A stretch of 64,000 bases of DNA, taken from IMG/VR virus record IMGVR_UViG_3300045988_115355, positions 21,895 to 85,894 of that record. One strand, given 5' to 3'. Numbering within the stretch: the first letter of the stretch is position 1; each line of letters opens with the position of its first letter. The DNA comes from a virus. This document shows positions 21,080 to 31,660 of the stretch, piece after piece. The notes beneath the pieces were generated by a model, which was not told the DNA's origin, made no database searches, and saw nothing but the letters and a program-made list of their open reading frames with translations. Both the position numbers and the translations under genes were made by a program.

Positions 21080-24000
21080 TTAAAATCTTCTTTTCTTCTT
21101 AAGACTACCACCTAAACTCTTCTTAGTACTATTCAAAGGTGTTGAAGCAGTACTTGGGATATTAAGTGGATTTGTAATCCCAGCACCATCTTTCCACATA
21201 TTATGCTCCATGTCTCCTGCAAAAACACCTCTTTCAGCTAATGAGGTAAGCCAATTCCTTTGCATATTCTCCCATCCCATATCTCCTAATCCTTGTAAAG
21301 CATTAGTGATATTAGCACTGATAGCAGCTTTTCTTTGATCATCTAATGCTTGCCTCATAGCATAACCTCTTGCTAAACCATTCATCATAAAGGATTTCTG
21401 ATTAGCATTAAGCTGTGCTTCTGTCAGATTTCTTTGGTTATCAGATTGAGCATTAAACATATTAGTACCTCTATTAAATTCTGATACCTGTGCATCATCT
21501 GCTCTATTAGATAAATAAGATTGTCTTGCAGCTTCTGCTAAACTTCTCTCATTGTTGTAATTATTAGCCATGATAGCTGCTAATCCCATAGCCCTGTTAC
21601 CATTAGTAATGTCTTGTGCTATCCTATTAGCAGCAGCATTATTCTGCATTATCTGATTGGCGAGATACCTTTCATCAAAAGGCTTCTTTTGCCTGTAATC
21701 TCCTATTACACTAACAGGAATGCTAACAGGTCTTCCTGCATTATAAGCAGCATCTATGATAGCATTCGCATTCCTATAATCAGGTTTACTTAATATATTA
21801 TCCAAAGCCATAGCAAAGCTGCCCATCATAGGAGCATATCTCATCCATGTAGATAGATATTTAGCTTTGGGATTTCCCTTTGTGGGTATATTATTCCCAA
21901 CATTATTAGGTAATTTATTCACTAAAGGATTTAAATAACCTTTATCCTCTTTAGGTTTACTGCCTGACAGAATATCTAAATTCTTATTAAAGTTCTTTTC
22001 CTTTAATATCTCATTAGCTACATGGTGCATAAAACCATACTTCCCATCTAAAGCTCCTTGCCTCCACTGTTCATCTGTAAGAGTATCTAAGGTGTTTCCT
22101 CTCTTCAGATAACTAAGAAAAGAAGGGTCATTAGGATGCTGTTTAGTCCACTTTCTAATATAATCAGCTGTTAAAGAGTTAACTAAATTTCTGTAGTCAT
22201 CTGTATAATCATAAGCATGACCTGCCTTATCATATTTAAAACCCCAACCTATAGGAGAGGAATCTTTCATGATATCATTGTAATACTTATAAAGTTCAAT
22301 TCTCTTTCCCATTTCTATGGGAGATATATTACCTATACTACCATCAGTAATATCTCCACCATCAGGATAGAGATTACCTCCAAAAGCATAAGTGTTATCT
22401 TCGTCTATCTCACTATTATAAGCATTATAAAGCTGCTGTAATTTCTCATTCTCCTTAGCAACTTTATCCTGCTGTTTCTCATATTCTTTTTGCTCCATAG
22501 CAGCTTTCTGTGCTTCCTGTGTATCTTCAAACTCTGCTAAGTTACCCTGCATAGTCTTTTGAGAGATACTGTCATTAGGTCTTTCTTTAGCTTCTCTTGA
22601 TAATTTCTTTGAGGCTTCAGCATAGGTGATACCTTTAGGCAACCTATATTTCTCCGCCAACTCATCAGGAATAGTTAATCTATCAGAGAAGACATAATCT
22701 CCTTTCCATATAGTCTCTCCTTGTTCCACTAAGTTAGGAACACCTTCATTGTCTGTACCTATAGGTACACCACCATGGGGATTAGTCTCATGTCTACCAC
22801 CTTCATTAATAGCTGTCAAGCTCCCATTCTCACTTAACTTTCCACCTTTTGCATATACACTTGCTAATGAAGGGTTATATGTATCAAATTTTAATTTACC
22901 ACCCATTGCATTATAATTTTGTAAAGCTCTATAATCATTTAAATCATCAACCTTTTCAGCAGCATACATCAAGTTATGATTAACTCTCTCATTAGCTGCG
23001 TTTATCTTATCATTTAACTCTCTTGCTTTTCTCTTAGCTTTCCCTATACCTATGATAGAACCAACAACTGAAGAGACACCTCCTACTATACCTCCTATAG
23101 CAGCACCCCAAGGACCAAAAGAAGAGCCAGCATTAAACCCTTCAAAAGAAGCAGGTACTGAAGAGAGGAAATCATCAAAGTAAGATTTATCTCTTATATC
23201 TCTATAATTAAGATTACCATTGATGTTGGTCTTATTATTAAAGAGATTAAGAACATCAGAAGTAGTGTTCACATTTCCTACAGCATCATCAATAGAATGA
23301 GAGAAGTTATCTATCTTATTCTCAATAGCTGTAGTACTCTGAAGAGTTGATTGGTTTTTAAAGTTACTTGCTAACTTTAGAACTGAATTAGCTATATTAG
23401 CATAATTCATCATATTCCCACCACCTGCAAAGAGATTGCCACCATTATTATATAAACCTATCTTCTCTTCCAAGGAAGGTCTATTGTGTTTTGTGAATCC
23501 TCTGATAGCATTTAGAATATCATAGGTACCCATTCCTAATTGTCCTGCCATACCATAAGAACCACTACCACTGTTTCTACCTAACATAGGATTTTCCTTA
23601 CCCCATGTTCCTATAGTGGTAGCTAATGTCCCTGCTTGACCTAACCAACCATTGATATTACCCATCATATTACCCATCTGTCCTATTCCTGCGGTGGTAA
23701 GACTACCCCCATCAGCATAAGTATTTAGGTCTCCCATATTGTAACTCTCTAAAATAGATTCTACTGAAGGAATAGTAGAGATAATAGGAGATTGTGGTCT
23801 TTGAATATAGTTACTAAGAGTATTTAAATCTACATTACTTTTATTGAATGTAGGTATAGTAGGTATAATAGACTTCTGTGAAGGAGAGATATTAAAATCT
23901 ATATTACCTCTCTTAACATTGAAGTCAGGGACAGGTAATGATTTAAATTCCTCATTCTCTATAGGCATATTCATAGGTGGCTTAGCCACCCTTAAAGCAT

Positions 24001-25267
24001 CAGGAACAGCTACTTGCTGTGTATTTACTTTAGGTAGATTGTAGTTACCACCTGCATATACACTTTTCCTAATGTTATTTCTTTTATCATATCCTTTTAC
24101 CCCTAAGTAGTTAACAGCATTCTTATCTCCTGCCATTACAGCCTTATGAAATCTTGACCCCCTACTTACAGCTATAGGACTTTGATAATAGGTATCTAAA
24201 ATAGCAGCTACCTGATTAGCATTTAAAGGAGTATCACCATAAGTATTTCTTAGCGTAGAAGCTGCCCTATTTAAATACCAATCTAACTCTTGTTCTGCTT
24301 GCTGTTTAGACATTCCATGAGGATAACTATTTGTGATACCATCCTTATATCTTTCTCTAAACCCTGCATTTGTAAATCCATAACCAATAGTGGCATTCCC
24401 TAAATGGTCTTTATAAGTAGCACTTCTCCACCCTTCATTCCTTCTGATAATATCTTTAGCTTTAGTTACTCCTGCTTTCCATACATCACCTCCTGAAGCT
24501 AACACATGGTTTAAACTACCACCATTAGCCATATAGTTTGTCATAACCCTTACATCATTTAAACTATCTACATTATCTGCTGTATGGAGGATAGAGTTGA
24601 AATAATCACTGTTAGCACCATCAATCATTGTATTTAAAGCATTGGTCTTTCTTCTTGCTTTATGAGAGAACCAACCATCTTTACCTACTTCAGATTTAAT
24701 AACATTAGTCATAATAGCATTATTAGCAAAGTCTGCCAATAGGCTATCGTTGGTAGTGGCTTCTGAAGTGAAGTTTCTTAAAGCCTTTGCTTTAGCTTCT
24801 GTTGCATGGATAAAATCTGTATTTAACTTACTGCCAAACATGGTGTTAATAACACCACCTAATGTTGAAAGCCCTGGTATAGCACTAATAATATTTCCTA
24901 CTTTTGATTCTCTTCCATTAGCTACCATCTTAGCTATGTTTCCCCCCATAGTATCAGCAGCTAAAGCTATCCCCATGATATCTCCACCACCATTAGAATT
25001 AGAGAACATGGAACCTAAAGAACCTAAAGGGTTATTATTGCTATTAGTAGTAGCACTGTTTAGTCCTGCATTTCTAAACATATTACCAAAGTTAAAGGTA
25101 CTGTCATAATTGGTATTGGCAGTACCATTAAACATCTGTAATCCTGAATTACCTACAAAGCTGTTAGTACCTCCTGACAGGCTACCACTACCCATGTTCC
25201 CTATAAGGCTATTAGAGTAATTCTGAAATTGCTGTAAAGAGTTATTATTAATATTATTAGTGTTCAT
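21080..25267 (-). CDS. Large tail/internal virion protein (1395 aa) with GH24 (T4-lysozyme-like) muralytic domain and Gly/Asn/Ser-rich N-terminus
   Basis: Residues ~272-298 NEGWRSATYKDHLGNATIGYGF match E-G-x-R-x3-Y-K-D-x2-G-x2-T-I-G-x-G catalytic pattern of T4 lysozyme (nt 24373-24456); G/N/S/M-rich repeats like tape-measure/ejection proteins. Confidence 0.65.
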   Translation of the reverse strand: MNTNNINNNSLQQFQNYSNSLIGNMGSGSLSGGTNSFVGNSGLQMFNGTANTNYDSTFNFGNMFRNAGLNSATTNSNNNPLGSLGSMFSNSNGGGDIMGIALAADTMGGNIAKMVANGRESKVGNIISAIPGLSTLGGVINTMFGSKLNTDFIHATEAKAKALRNFTSEATTNDSLLADFANNAIMTNVIKSEVGKDGWFSHKARRKTNALNTMIDGANSDYFNSILHTADNVDSLNDVRVMTNYMANGGSLNHVLASGGDVWKAGVTKAKDIIRRNEGWRSATYKDHLGNATIGYGFTNAGFRERYKDGITNSYPHGMSKQQAEQELDWYLNRAASTLRNTYGDTPLNANQVAAILDTYYQSPIAVSRGSRFHKAVMAGDKNAVNYLGVKGYDKRNNIRKSVYAGGNYNLPKVNTQQVAVPDALRVAKPPMNMPIENEEFKSLPVPDFNVKRGNIDFNISPSQKSIIPTIPTFNKSNVDLNTLSNYIQRPQSPIISTIPSVESILESYNMGDLNTYADGGSLTTAGIGQMGNMMGNINGWLGQAGTLATTIGTWGKENPMLGRNSGSGSYGMAGQLGMGTYDILNAIRGFTKHNRPSLEEKIGLYNNGGNLFAGGGNMMNYANIANSVLKLASNFKNQSTLQSTTAIENKIDNFSHSIDDAVGNVNTTSDVLNLFNNKTNINGNLNYRDIRDKSYFDDFLSSVPASFEGFNAGSSFGPWGAAIGGIVGGVSSVVGSIIGIGKAKRKARELNDKINAANERVNHNLMYAAEKVDDLNDYRALQNYNAMGGKLKFDTYNPSLASVYAKGGKLSENGSLTAINEGGRHETNPHGGVPIGTDNEGVPNLVEQGETIWKGDYVFSDRLTIPDELAEKYRLPKGITYAEASKKLSREAKERPNDSISQKTMQGNLAEFEDTQEAQKAAMEQKEYEKQQDKVAKENEKLQQLYNAYNSEIDEDNTYAFGGNLYPDGGDITDGSIGNISPIEMGKRIELYKYYNDIMKDSSPIGWGFKYDKAGHAYDYTDDYRNLVNSLTADYIRKWTKQHPNDPSFLSYLKRGNTLDTLTDEQWRQGALDGKYGFMHHVANEILKEKNFNKNLDILSGSKPKEDKGYLNPLVNKLPNNVGNNIPTKGNPKAKYLSTWMRYAPMMGSFAMALDNILSKPDYRNANAIIDAAYNAGRPVSIPVSVIGDYRQKKPFDERYLANQIMQNNAAANRIAQDITNGNRAMGLAAIMANNYNNERSLAEAARQSYLSNRADDAQVSEFNRGTNMFNAQSDNQRNLTEAQLNANQKSFMMNGLARGYAMRQALDDQRKAAISANITNALQGLGDMGWENMQRNWLTSLAERGVFAGDMEHNMWKDGAGITNPLNIPSTASTPLNSTKKSLGGSLKKKRRF

Positions 25268-25291
25268 ATTATTTCTACTACTTTATGGTTA

Positions 25292-25299
25292 CAAAAATA
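25292..25299 (-). promoter_or_regulatory. Putative -7 box (TATTTTTG on minus strand) upstream of 1395-aa gene
   Basis: Plus CAAAAATA 25 nt upstream of ATG at 25267, directly downstream of terminator hairpin. Confidence 0.4.
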
Positions 25300-25343
25300 G
25301 CTATAATAAACATTTATACCAATCTTTTACAAGAAAAAGAAAT

Positions 25344-25372
25344 ATCCCAATAAGTAAAATTCTTATTGGGAT
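25344..25372 (-). terminator. Intrinsic terminator/attenuator between 1674-aa and 1395-aa genes
   Basis: Perfect 11-bp stem ATCCCAATAAG/CTTATTGGGAT, 7-nt loop; on minus-strand RNA followed by UUCUUUUUCUUG. Confidence 0.6.
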
Positions 25373-25389
25373 AGTCTTTTATATTCATT

Positions 25390-28300
25390 TTAGATATTAT
25401 AATTTACTCCTATATCATGCAAAGTAAACTTACCCATATTCATGTTATTCATTTGAGAGGAAGAAAGGGTTATCTCTGCCCATGTTCCATTCATTCTATT
25501 TAAATGATAATTGAGTAGTTTACCATTATTCTTCCTACTGTCTCTTGGCAGGATAACATTCCATACATTAAACTTCTTTTGAAGATTTGAAGGATGATTC
25601 CTTACCCATTTAAGTACTGCTGAAGAATGTTGTCTTTCAGTAGTTATCTCTACACTGTCAAATGTCTTCTTATCATAATCTTCCACATTCTCTTTATTCA
25701 TATCATTAGTCTTATCTGCATAATAACTTCTAATATCTAAAGTGTTGAATACCTTGTTATAGATAGAGTTATCATTTGAAATAAAAGAGATACTGAAAGG
25801 TCTGATAACATCATAGATATTATTATATTCGCCTTTGAAGCATTCATACATATCAGTACCATAAATAGCAAAAGTACTGTCTAAGATATTTCCTAAGAAA
25901 GAAGTAGTGCCATAGGAGAATCTTGAAGTAAACCGCTCTAATATTTCAGAGTAGCACAGTGCTTCTTTATTTCCTACAATATAAATATCACTATATACCT
26001 CATCATAGTATAAAGCCACATCATAGGTATCTTCAAAGATATAATTAAAAAAATTGTAATTACTCAAATTGAAATTATTCATATCTTTAAAATAGGAAGA
26101 CATTCCTTTAGCTATGGAGATATTCTCCATACCATTACCTAATCTATATAAATATCTGCTGTTACTATCTAAGAAGTACAGACCTTTAGGAGTAGAACAA
26201 ATACTGTATTTATTAATACATCCTATGGTATTTGAGATATATCTTAAACCTTGCATCTTAAGACCATTGGTAATCTCAATAGGCTGCCCATCAGATGTAG
26301 GAATCTGCACTCTTGAATTAAATAATAGCTGTGCTATTCCATTATCTTGAAAAGCATATAACTCACTATTAAAGGTTCTGATAGCAGTATTTTCTCCTTT
26401 ATTCCCTTCTAAGTCTATGGTATTGGTCAAATCAATAGAACACCATTTATCTATCTCTTCTCCTAATACTTTCTCTAAAGACCATGTAATCATATTAGGG
26501 AAATAAGGGGTACTGTATTTATCAGTATCTAAGTAAGCGTAGGTAAAATAGTTATTACTCTGATTATATCCTAAAAGATTAAACTGATTAAAGTTCTGTG
26601 CATTGATAAAAGTATTATCTTTTAAGAACCTGTTTCTATCTACTCTCTCATCCAAATGTACCCTTGATTCTACTTCTGTTGATAATATCTCAATGATAGA
26701 ATTAGGGTCTTCATTGGTGAAAGGTTTAGTCTTTAAACAGTCATATCTCTCTAAATAAGTATCACCTTCTTTAAACACAATCTCTACGCTTGGAGCATCC
26801 AAGTCTACAGCATCCCCACATCTATGCCATATATTATTTGCAATAGCTTCCTTACTGTTTCCCCCAAACCTTGCATCTAACTCTTCTTTGGTAAATACTC
26901 TATAGAGTTCCCCAATGTATAGTCCTGCATATTTAATATCATTCCCTACACCTACATAAGTCTTCTTAGTGTTTTCATCTTCCCAAAAGTTGCTATGTTT
27001 ATCTTCCCATACCATATCTTCGGTAGCTGTTCTAAGATAAAAGCTGTATTTACCGTTATCTTTGAATTTCAATACAAGATGTGGAGTACTCTTATATTTC
27101 ATAGAGATAGGGTCTCTTGACCATACACCTGAATCAACATTAAAAATTTCTGTTCTTGTGAATTCTCCAAAGGAATGGTTATTACCATTCTTTAATTGCA
27201 GTTGGTTATTCTCCCACCAAGTCATGGAGTTACTATCAATGAAGATACCATGATTGAGTATCTCATTAAAAGTATATTGATGGTTATTCAATATCCAATA
27301 ATCTGCTGCTGATAAAGCTGTAGCAAAGGGGTCTACTGTAGGAGCACCATTATCAGGAACTTTAAACCATTCAAACTTAATAGGATAACCCTGTGCTTTA
27401 TTAGAACCATGACAGGTTAAATCTCTCTTTTCTGTTGATAATGTCTTATAAGACTTAGTAACAAACTCATAAGATGATAAGTCTATATTGTTATAGGTAA
27501 GCACCTTATCTATGTTACCATAATAAAGAAGAGTTTTATTAATACCTCCTGAAGTATTAATTTTAATAAGCTCTACTTGGTCAGAATTAAATAACTGTGG
27601 GGTCTCAATAGCTACATTCATAGCACTCTTAGTGTTAATAGTAGCTGCTGGCTCTACAGATGAATATTCATTATAGTTATCGTCTATTCTTTGTATCTCA
27701 TCAAAATACTCTGTACAACCATAATAGATATTAGCCCATTTCTTATATTGTAATTCAGCAGTCCTTCTCCAAGCATTCTTCAGCTGTCCTGAAGTTAAAC
27801 TATCTTGATTATTTAAAGACCCATTTCTATGCCAAGGGTATACTTTCCAACCATATAAAATACTCTGTCCTTTAAAAGGAGTAAGGTTTTCAGAATCATA
27901 CACATCTACTTGACTATCAACATAATAACCACCTGCATATCTTGTAAAGTCTACATCCTTTAAAAACTGTGCATCCTTATTAAGACCTACACTCTTAGTA
28001 GTGCAGTAGATATTTGTAGAGTAATTTAATTCTTTCTGCAACTTCTTATCAGCATTATCCCCTGTCATTCTAATAGGTAATGGATTACTGATATTAGTAG
28101 CTCCTATAATTCTCAAAGAACAATTCTCAAAATCTGATTCTTTTAACTCTTCTCCTACTTCTATTTCGGGAGAATTAAAAGTAAGGATATTACAATCTAA
28201 ATAAAAGTACTCTTTAAAATACTCTGCAAACTTACTATTCTCTAACTTCTTTACAGTACCATTATCTTTATATTCTATATAAGGAAAAATAAGATAAGGC

Positions 28301-30414
28301 TCAAAGTTATTCTGTATTTCATCATTCCCTCCAAATAAACCTACAGGTGCTGTCAGTGACATATTATGTCTCTCTACACTATTCACACTATGATAGCCAT
28401 TATGAGCATTGATATAATTCTCATTTGTAAATCTGAAATACCACGAAGCCTGTGCATAAGGAGAGTTAGTCATCCTGTCCTTTACATTATACACAGTAGG
28501 AGATAATAACCCTTGACAGATAACTTTTCTATCAGACATTAAAGGATATACTGCTACGGGGGCCACCCTTCTAAACCCTGCGGTCTTAAGAGCCACTATA
28601 GTATCAGTATCTAACTTATATTTCCATGTGCCTGTACTATAAGTGACAGAGTAATCTGCTGTATTTTCAGCATGTAATACAGGTACTTGTGTTTGGTCAT
28701 AATCTCCTAAATAAAGAACATCAGACCAAGAACCATCTTTATATTGAGCTATATAGCCTAATCTGTAATTCTCTCCAAACTTAAATCTCTTAACAGCATA
28801 ACTACTTCTGTTGTTGTCAACATCATAATTACCAAATAGTCTATCAGAAGGATTATAGGATGTTTTATCTAAAACACCTTCATAACCTATAACAGCAGGT
28901 AAAACTTCATTCTTATTGGTATTAAGTTGTAAGGTTGTATAATCCTGCAAGGGAACCTTATTAACAGGTATAGTCCCTATCAACTTCTTAACTTGTTTTA
29001 TGTTCCCTAAGAATAAAGTATTATCTTTTTGTGCTATATGCTTAGCTATAAAATTCTCTCCCCCTATAAAGAGTAAAGCAGTAGCATCAATAGTATGTCC
29101 ATAAGTACCTGTGTCTACAATAGTGATACTACCTTTTGTAGTAGTCTTGATATAAGGGGCACTATACTCTGCTTGTACATAAGTAGCTTTCTTTACAGTA
29201 CTTCCTGAAGGAGCATAAACTGTAAGATTTAATCCTTGGCTATCAGGATAATAAATAGTATTTGAAGAAGTATCATATAACACATACCTGTCTCCTAAAT
29301 CAGTTCTATTAAAATAGAAATCTGTTTCAAGATAAGAACCTCCTAAGATAGATGTAGAAGATTCCTGTGGATTATAATGATTGAAATCATCTATATTTCC
29401 TGTAAGAAGGTCTAACATCTTGATATTATCAAGGTTAGTATCTAATATAGTTTTTCTTTTATTAGTGTTATGAGGGTCTTTGGGAAGTAGATGCTTAGCA
29501 CTTAACTGATGGGTAGTACTTACTTTAGGGATATTATAATCCCCTACTACCCTACACTGTAGAGTAGCATTCTCTGAACTTCTTACAATAGCATATAATC
29601 TCACATAATCAAAGGTAGTATCTAATCCTTTTAAGTTAATATGGAAAGAACAGTTGCTGACAGTATCTGCCTTTAAACCTCTATTCTTAGGAGAGAGATA
29701 ATATAAAGGAGACTGTTCTACTATCTTTGATTCCTGATGGAACTTATTAAAATAGGAAAAAGCATATTGCACAGTACCTGCTGAAAAAGAACCTCCTGTG
29801 TTATTTTTAATAACTTCCATGGTATGCTTAAGAGCTACTTCAGGAGCAAAATCTATATGAGTGGTAGCACTGTCATACTCTTTATTCACAGCAATATTTA
29901 ACATTCTTGTCTGATGAATACCATCTACCCAATAGACTTTTTGTAGGTTATCTTTCTCATATACCCCTATAGCTTCTATAGGATGTAAATAATTAAACCC
30001 TAAGTTACCTCTATACAGAACCATTCTTTTTATGGTAGTAACATCATTATCCTTTGTAAAAGTATAACGCATAATCATACTATCATAAGTAGAAGTAATC
30101 ATGTTTTGTTTACAATCTAAAAAGAGTATAAGATGGTTATTTAAGACAGTATATCCTACTATTACAAAAGGAATAGTGGTCTTATCAAGATACCCAAACT
30201 CTTCTTCTGTACAAGTATTTTTAAAATTAATATCTTCCCAACTTGGAGTTAACTTTAATGTACCTTTCTCATTGTGAATAATATAACCATGATTACTATC
30301 ATCCCTTGTGGTAATTCTTATATTTAAAGCATCTACAGCTGAATCTGTCTTAATCTTAGATTCAGCACTATCCCTGTCTAAACCTAAGATAACATGTAAA
30401 TCTTTCTTATTCAT
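25390..30414 (-). CDS. Large tail protein (1674 aa; tail fibre/spike or nozzle component), function unknown
   Basis: Intact ORF with ATG start located between small structural genes and the giant-protein block. Confidence 0.55.
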   Translation of the reverse strand: MNKKDLHVILGLDRDSAESKIKTDSAVDALNIRITTRDDSNHGYIIHNEKGTLKLTPSWEDINFKNTCTEEEFGYLDKTTIPFVIVGYTVLNNHLILFLDCKQNMITSTYDSMIMRYTFTKDNDVTTIKRMVLYRGNLGFNYLHPIEAIGVYEKDNLQKVYWVDGIHQTRMLNIAVNKEYDSATTHIDFAPEVALKHTMEVIKNNTGGSFSAGTVQYAFSYFNKFHQESKIVEQSPLYYLSPKNRGLKADTVSNCSFHINLKGLDTTFDYVRLYAIVRSSENATLQCRVVGDYNIPKVSTTHQLSAKHLLPKDPHNTNKRKTILDTNLDNIKMLDLLTGNIDDFNHYNPQESSTSILGGSYLETDFYFNRTDLGDRYVLYDTSSNTIYYPDSQGLNLTVYAPSGSTVKKATYVQAEYSAPYIKTTTKGSITIVDTGTYGHTIDATALLFIGGENFIAKHIAQKDNTLFLGNIKQVKKLIGTIPVNKVPLQDYTTLQLNTNKNEVLPAVIGYEGVLDKTSYNPSDRLFGNYDVDNNRSSYAVKRFKFGENYRLGYIAQYKDGSWSDVLYLGDYDQTQVPVLHAENTADYSVTYSTGTWKYKLDTDTIVALKTAGFRRVAPVAVYPLMSDRKVICQGLLSPTVYNVKDRMTNSPYAQASWYFRFTNENYINAHNGYHSVNSVERHNMSLTAPVGLFGGNDEIQNNFEPYLIFPYIEYKDNGTVKKLENSKFAEYFKEYFYLDCNILTFNSPEIEVGEELKESDFENCSLRIIGATNISNPLPIRMTGDNADKKLQKELNYSTNIYCTTKSVGLNKDAQFLKDVDFTRYAGGYYVDSQVDVYDSENLTPFKGQSILYGWKVYPWHRNGSLNNQDSLTSGQLKNAWRRTAELQYKKWANIYYGCTEYFDEIQRIDDNYNEYSSVEPAATINTKSAMNVAIETPQLFNSDQVELIKINTSGGINKTLLYYGNIDKVLTYNNIDLSSYEFVTKSYKTLSTEKRDLTCHGSNKAQGYPIKFEWFKVPDNGAPTVDPFATALSAADYWILNNHQYTFNEILNHGIFIDSNSMTWWENNQLQLKNGNNHSFGEFTRTEIFNVDSGVWSRDPISMKYKSTPHLVLKFKDNGKYSFYLRTATEDMVWEDKHSNFWEDENTKKTYVGVGNDIKYAGLYIGELYRVFTKEELDARFGGNSKEAIANNIWHRCGDAVDLDAPSVEIVFKEGDTYLERYDCLKTKPFTNEDPNSIIEILSTEVESRVHLDERVDRNRFLKDNTFINAQNFNQFNLLGYNQSNNYFTYAYLDTDKYSTPYFPNMITWSLEKVLGEEIDKWCSIDLTNTIDLEGNKGENTAIRTFNSELYAFQDNGIAQLLFNSRVQIPTSDGQPIEITNGLKMQGLRYISNTIGCINKYSICSTPKGLYFLDSNSRYLYRLGNGMENISIAKGMSSYFKDMNNFNLSNYNFFNYIFEDTYDVALYYDEVYSDIYIVGNKEALCYSEILERFTSRFSYGTTSFLGNILDSTFAIYGTDMYECFKGEYNNIYDVIRPFSISFISNDNSIYNKVFNTLDIRSYYADKTNDMNKENVEDYDKKTFDSVEITTERQHSSAVLKWVRNHPSNLQKKFNVWNVILPRDSRKNNGKLLNYHLNRMNGTWAEITLSSSQMNNMNMGKFTLHDIGVNYNI

Positions 30415-31106
30415 CCTTGATGTTGTTTAATATATTCAGTATCTCCTAATGTCTTAAACCCTCTACTAAACTCTGTGTTATTAGGTAATAACCTATGTAA
30501 CATACTTGTGATACTTTGCATTTCGCTTAAAGAAAGCATCTTATACCTGTTACTTACTTGACCAGCAGCAAAATAATATTGCTGTTGTATGTTCTGTAAG
30601 ATAGCCATAGATGCTAACTTACCACATTCAAAGAGTGTAGTAAAGCATTGTAATCTAATATACAACTCTAAAGCTCTCATAAAGACAGTATCATCAGGAA
30701 TTAAAGGTAGTCCTTCTTCATCTGTCTTCATAGTTTTATAAGCTATCTCAATCTTACCTTCCTTAAAGGAAGTATAGATGATATCCCCTTGTATCTTAAA
30801 AGATAACTCACTTTCTATATGATTCTGTTTTTCATTGAAAGTATCTGTCATTGCTCTTAGGAACCTCTTACTGCAATACTCTCTTACCTGAATAACCTGT
30901 ATAACCTTACAAGGTAGTTTGCCTCTATAATCTTTAATATCGATAGTATCATTTCTATCTTCATAGATAACAGGTAAACCCATAATTCTAATAAAGTCTA
31001 CAGCATATTGTATAGCTGCTTCTAAATTAAAATCCTGAAGCATAGGATGCCTTAGCACCCTACTTATCACCTCTCTTATATTAGTATATTCGAGCTTGTC
31101 TATCAT
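30411..31106 (-). CDS. Structural-module protein, 231 aa
   Basis: ORF with 4-nt overlap to downstream gene; compact operon context. Confidence 0.5.
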   Translation of the reverse strand: MIDKLEYTNIREVISRVLRHPMLQDFNLEAAIQYAVDFIRIMGLPVIYEDRNDTIDIKDYRGKLPCKVIQVIQVREYCSKRFLRAMTDTFNEKQNHIESELSFKIQGDIIYTSFKEGKIEIAYKTMKTDEEGLPLIPDDTVFMRALELYIRLQCFTTLFECGKLASMAILQNIQQQYYFAAGQVSNRYKMLSLSEMQSITSMLHRLLPNNTEFSRGFKTLGDTEYIKQHQG

Positions 31107-31659
31107 AACTATGTTTATTTAAAGGATATTCCATTCCATTCTTAATAGCCGCACTTAAAGCATATTTAAAAGAAGTAGCAGCATGAAACATTGCAAAGAG
31201 TTTAAACTTTAGATTAGCACGATGAGCTTTACATAAATAAATAGTATGTGTACAGTTGGTATCAAAATACACAAATACTCTATTCTTTCTTGCTTCCTCA
31301 TCTTTAAACCAAAGTTCAGTAGTTGCTCCCCAATTAATTATCTTTCTATTAATCAGTCTACCATTCTTTATTTCAGGAGTAAGGTCTACTTTGATAATTC
31401 TTACATTACCCATTCCATAAGGTAATTTAAGAACACCACCTTGAATGATATACTCTCTTTGCAACATTAACATCCTATTCATGATAACCCTGAATTTCTC
31501 TCTATTCATATTATATTCAGGCTTATTATCAGGAATCAGCGTCTTATAATGTCTGTGATAATCTTTATACCTATAACAGTTATGGGCTTTATTTTTAGGC
31601 CTACACCCTTTTCTTGTAGACCTAAACTGACGTAAAGCCTCTTTATCTATCTCTTCCAT
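31081..31659 (-). CDS. Structural-module protein, 192 aa
   Basis: ORF overlapping neighbours (26 nt), consistent with translational coupling. Confidence 0.5.
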   Translation of the reverse strand: MEEIDKEALRQFRSTRKGCRPKNKAHNCYRYKDYHRHYKTLIPDNKPEYNMNREKFRVIMNRMLMLQREYIIQGGVLKLPYGMGNVRIIKVDLTPEIKNGRLINRKIINWGATTELWFKDEEARKNRVFVYFDTNCTHTIYLCKAHRANLKFKLFAMFHAATSFKYALSAAIKNGMEYPLNKHSYDRQARIY

Positions 31660-31660
31660 A

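Noticed and set aside
673-25267. Stop-codon reassignment (TAG or TGA recoding), which occurs in some crAss-like lineages.
   Set aside because: The 9-kb, 5.5-kb and 4-kb ORFs are uninterrupted in the standard code, so no recoding is needed here. The tRNA found is Arg(UCU), not a suppressor.
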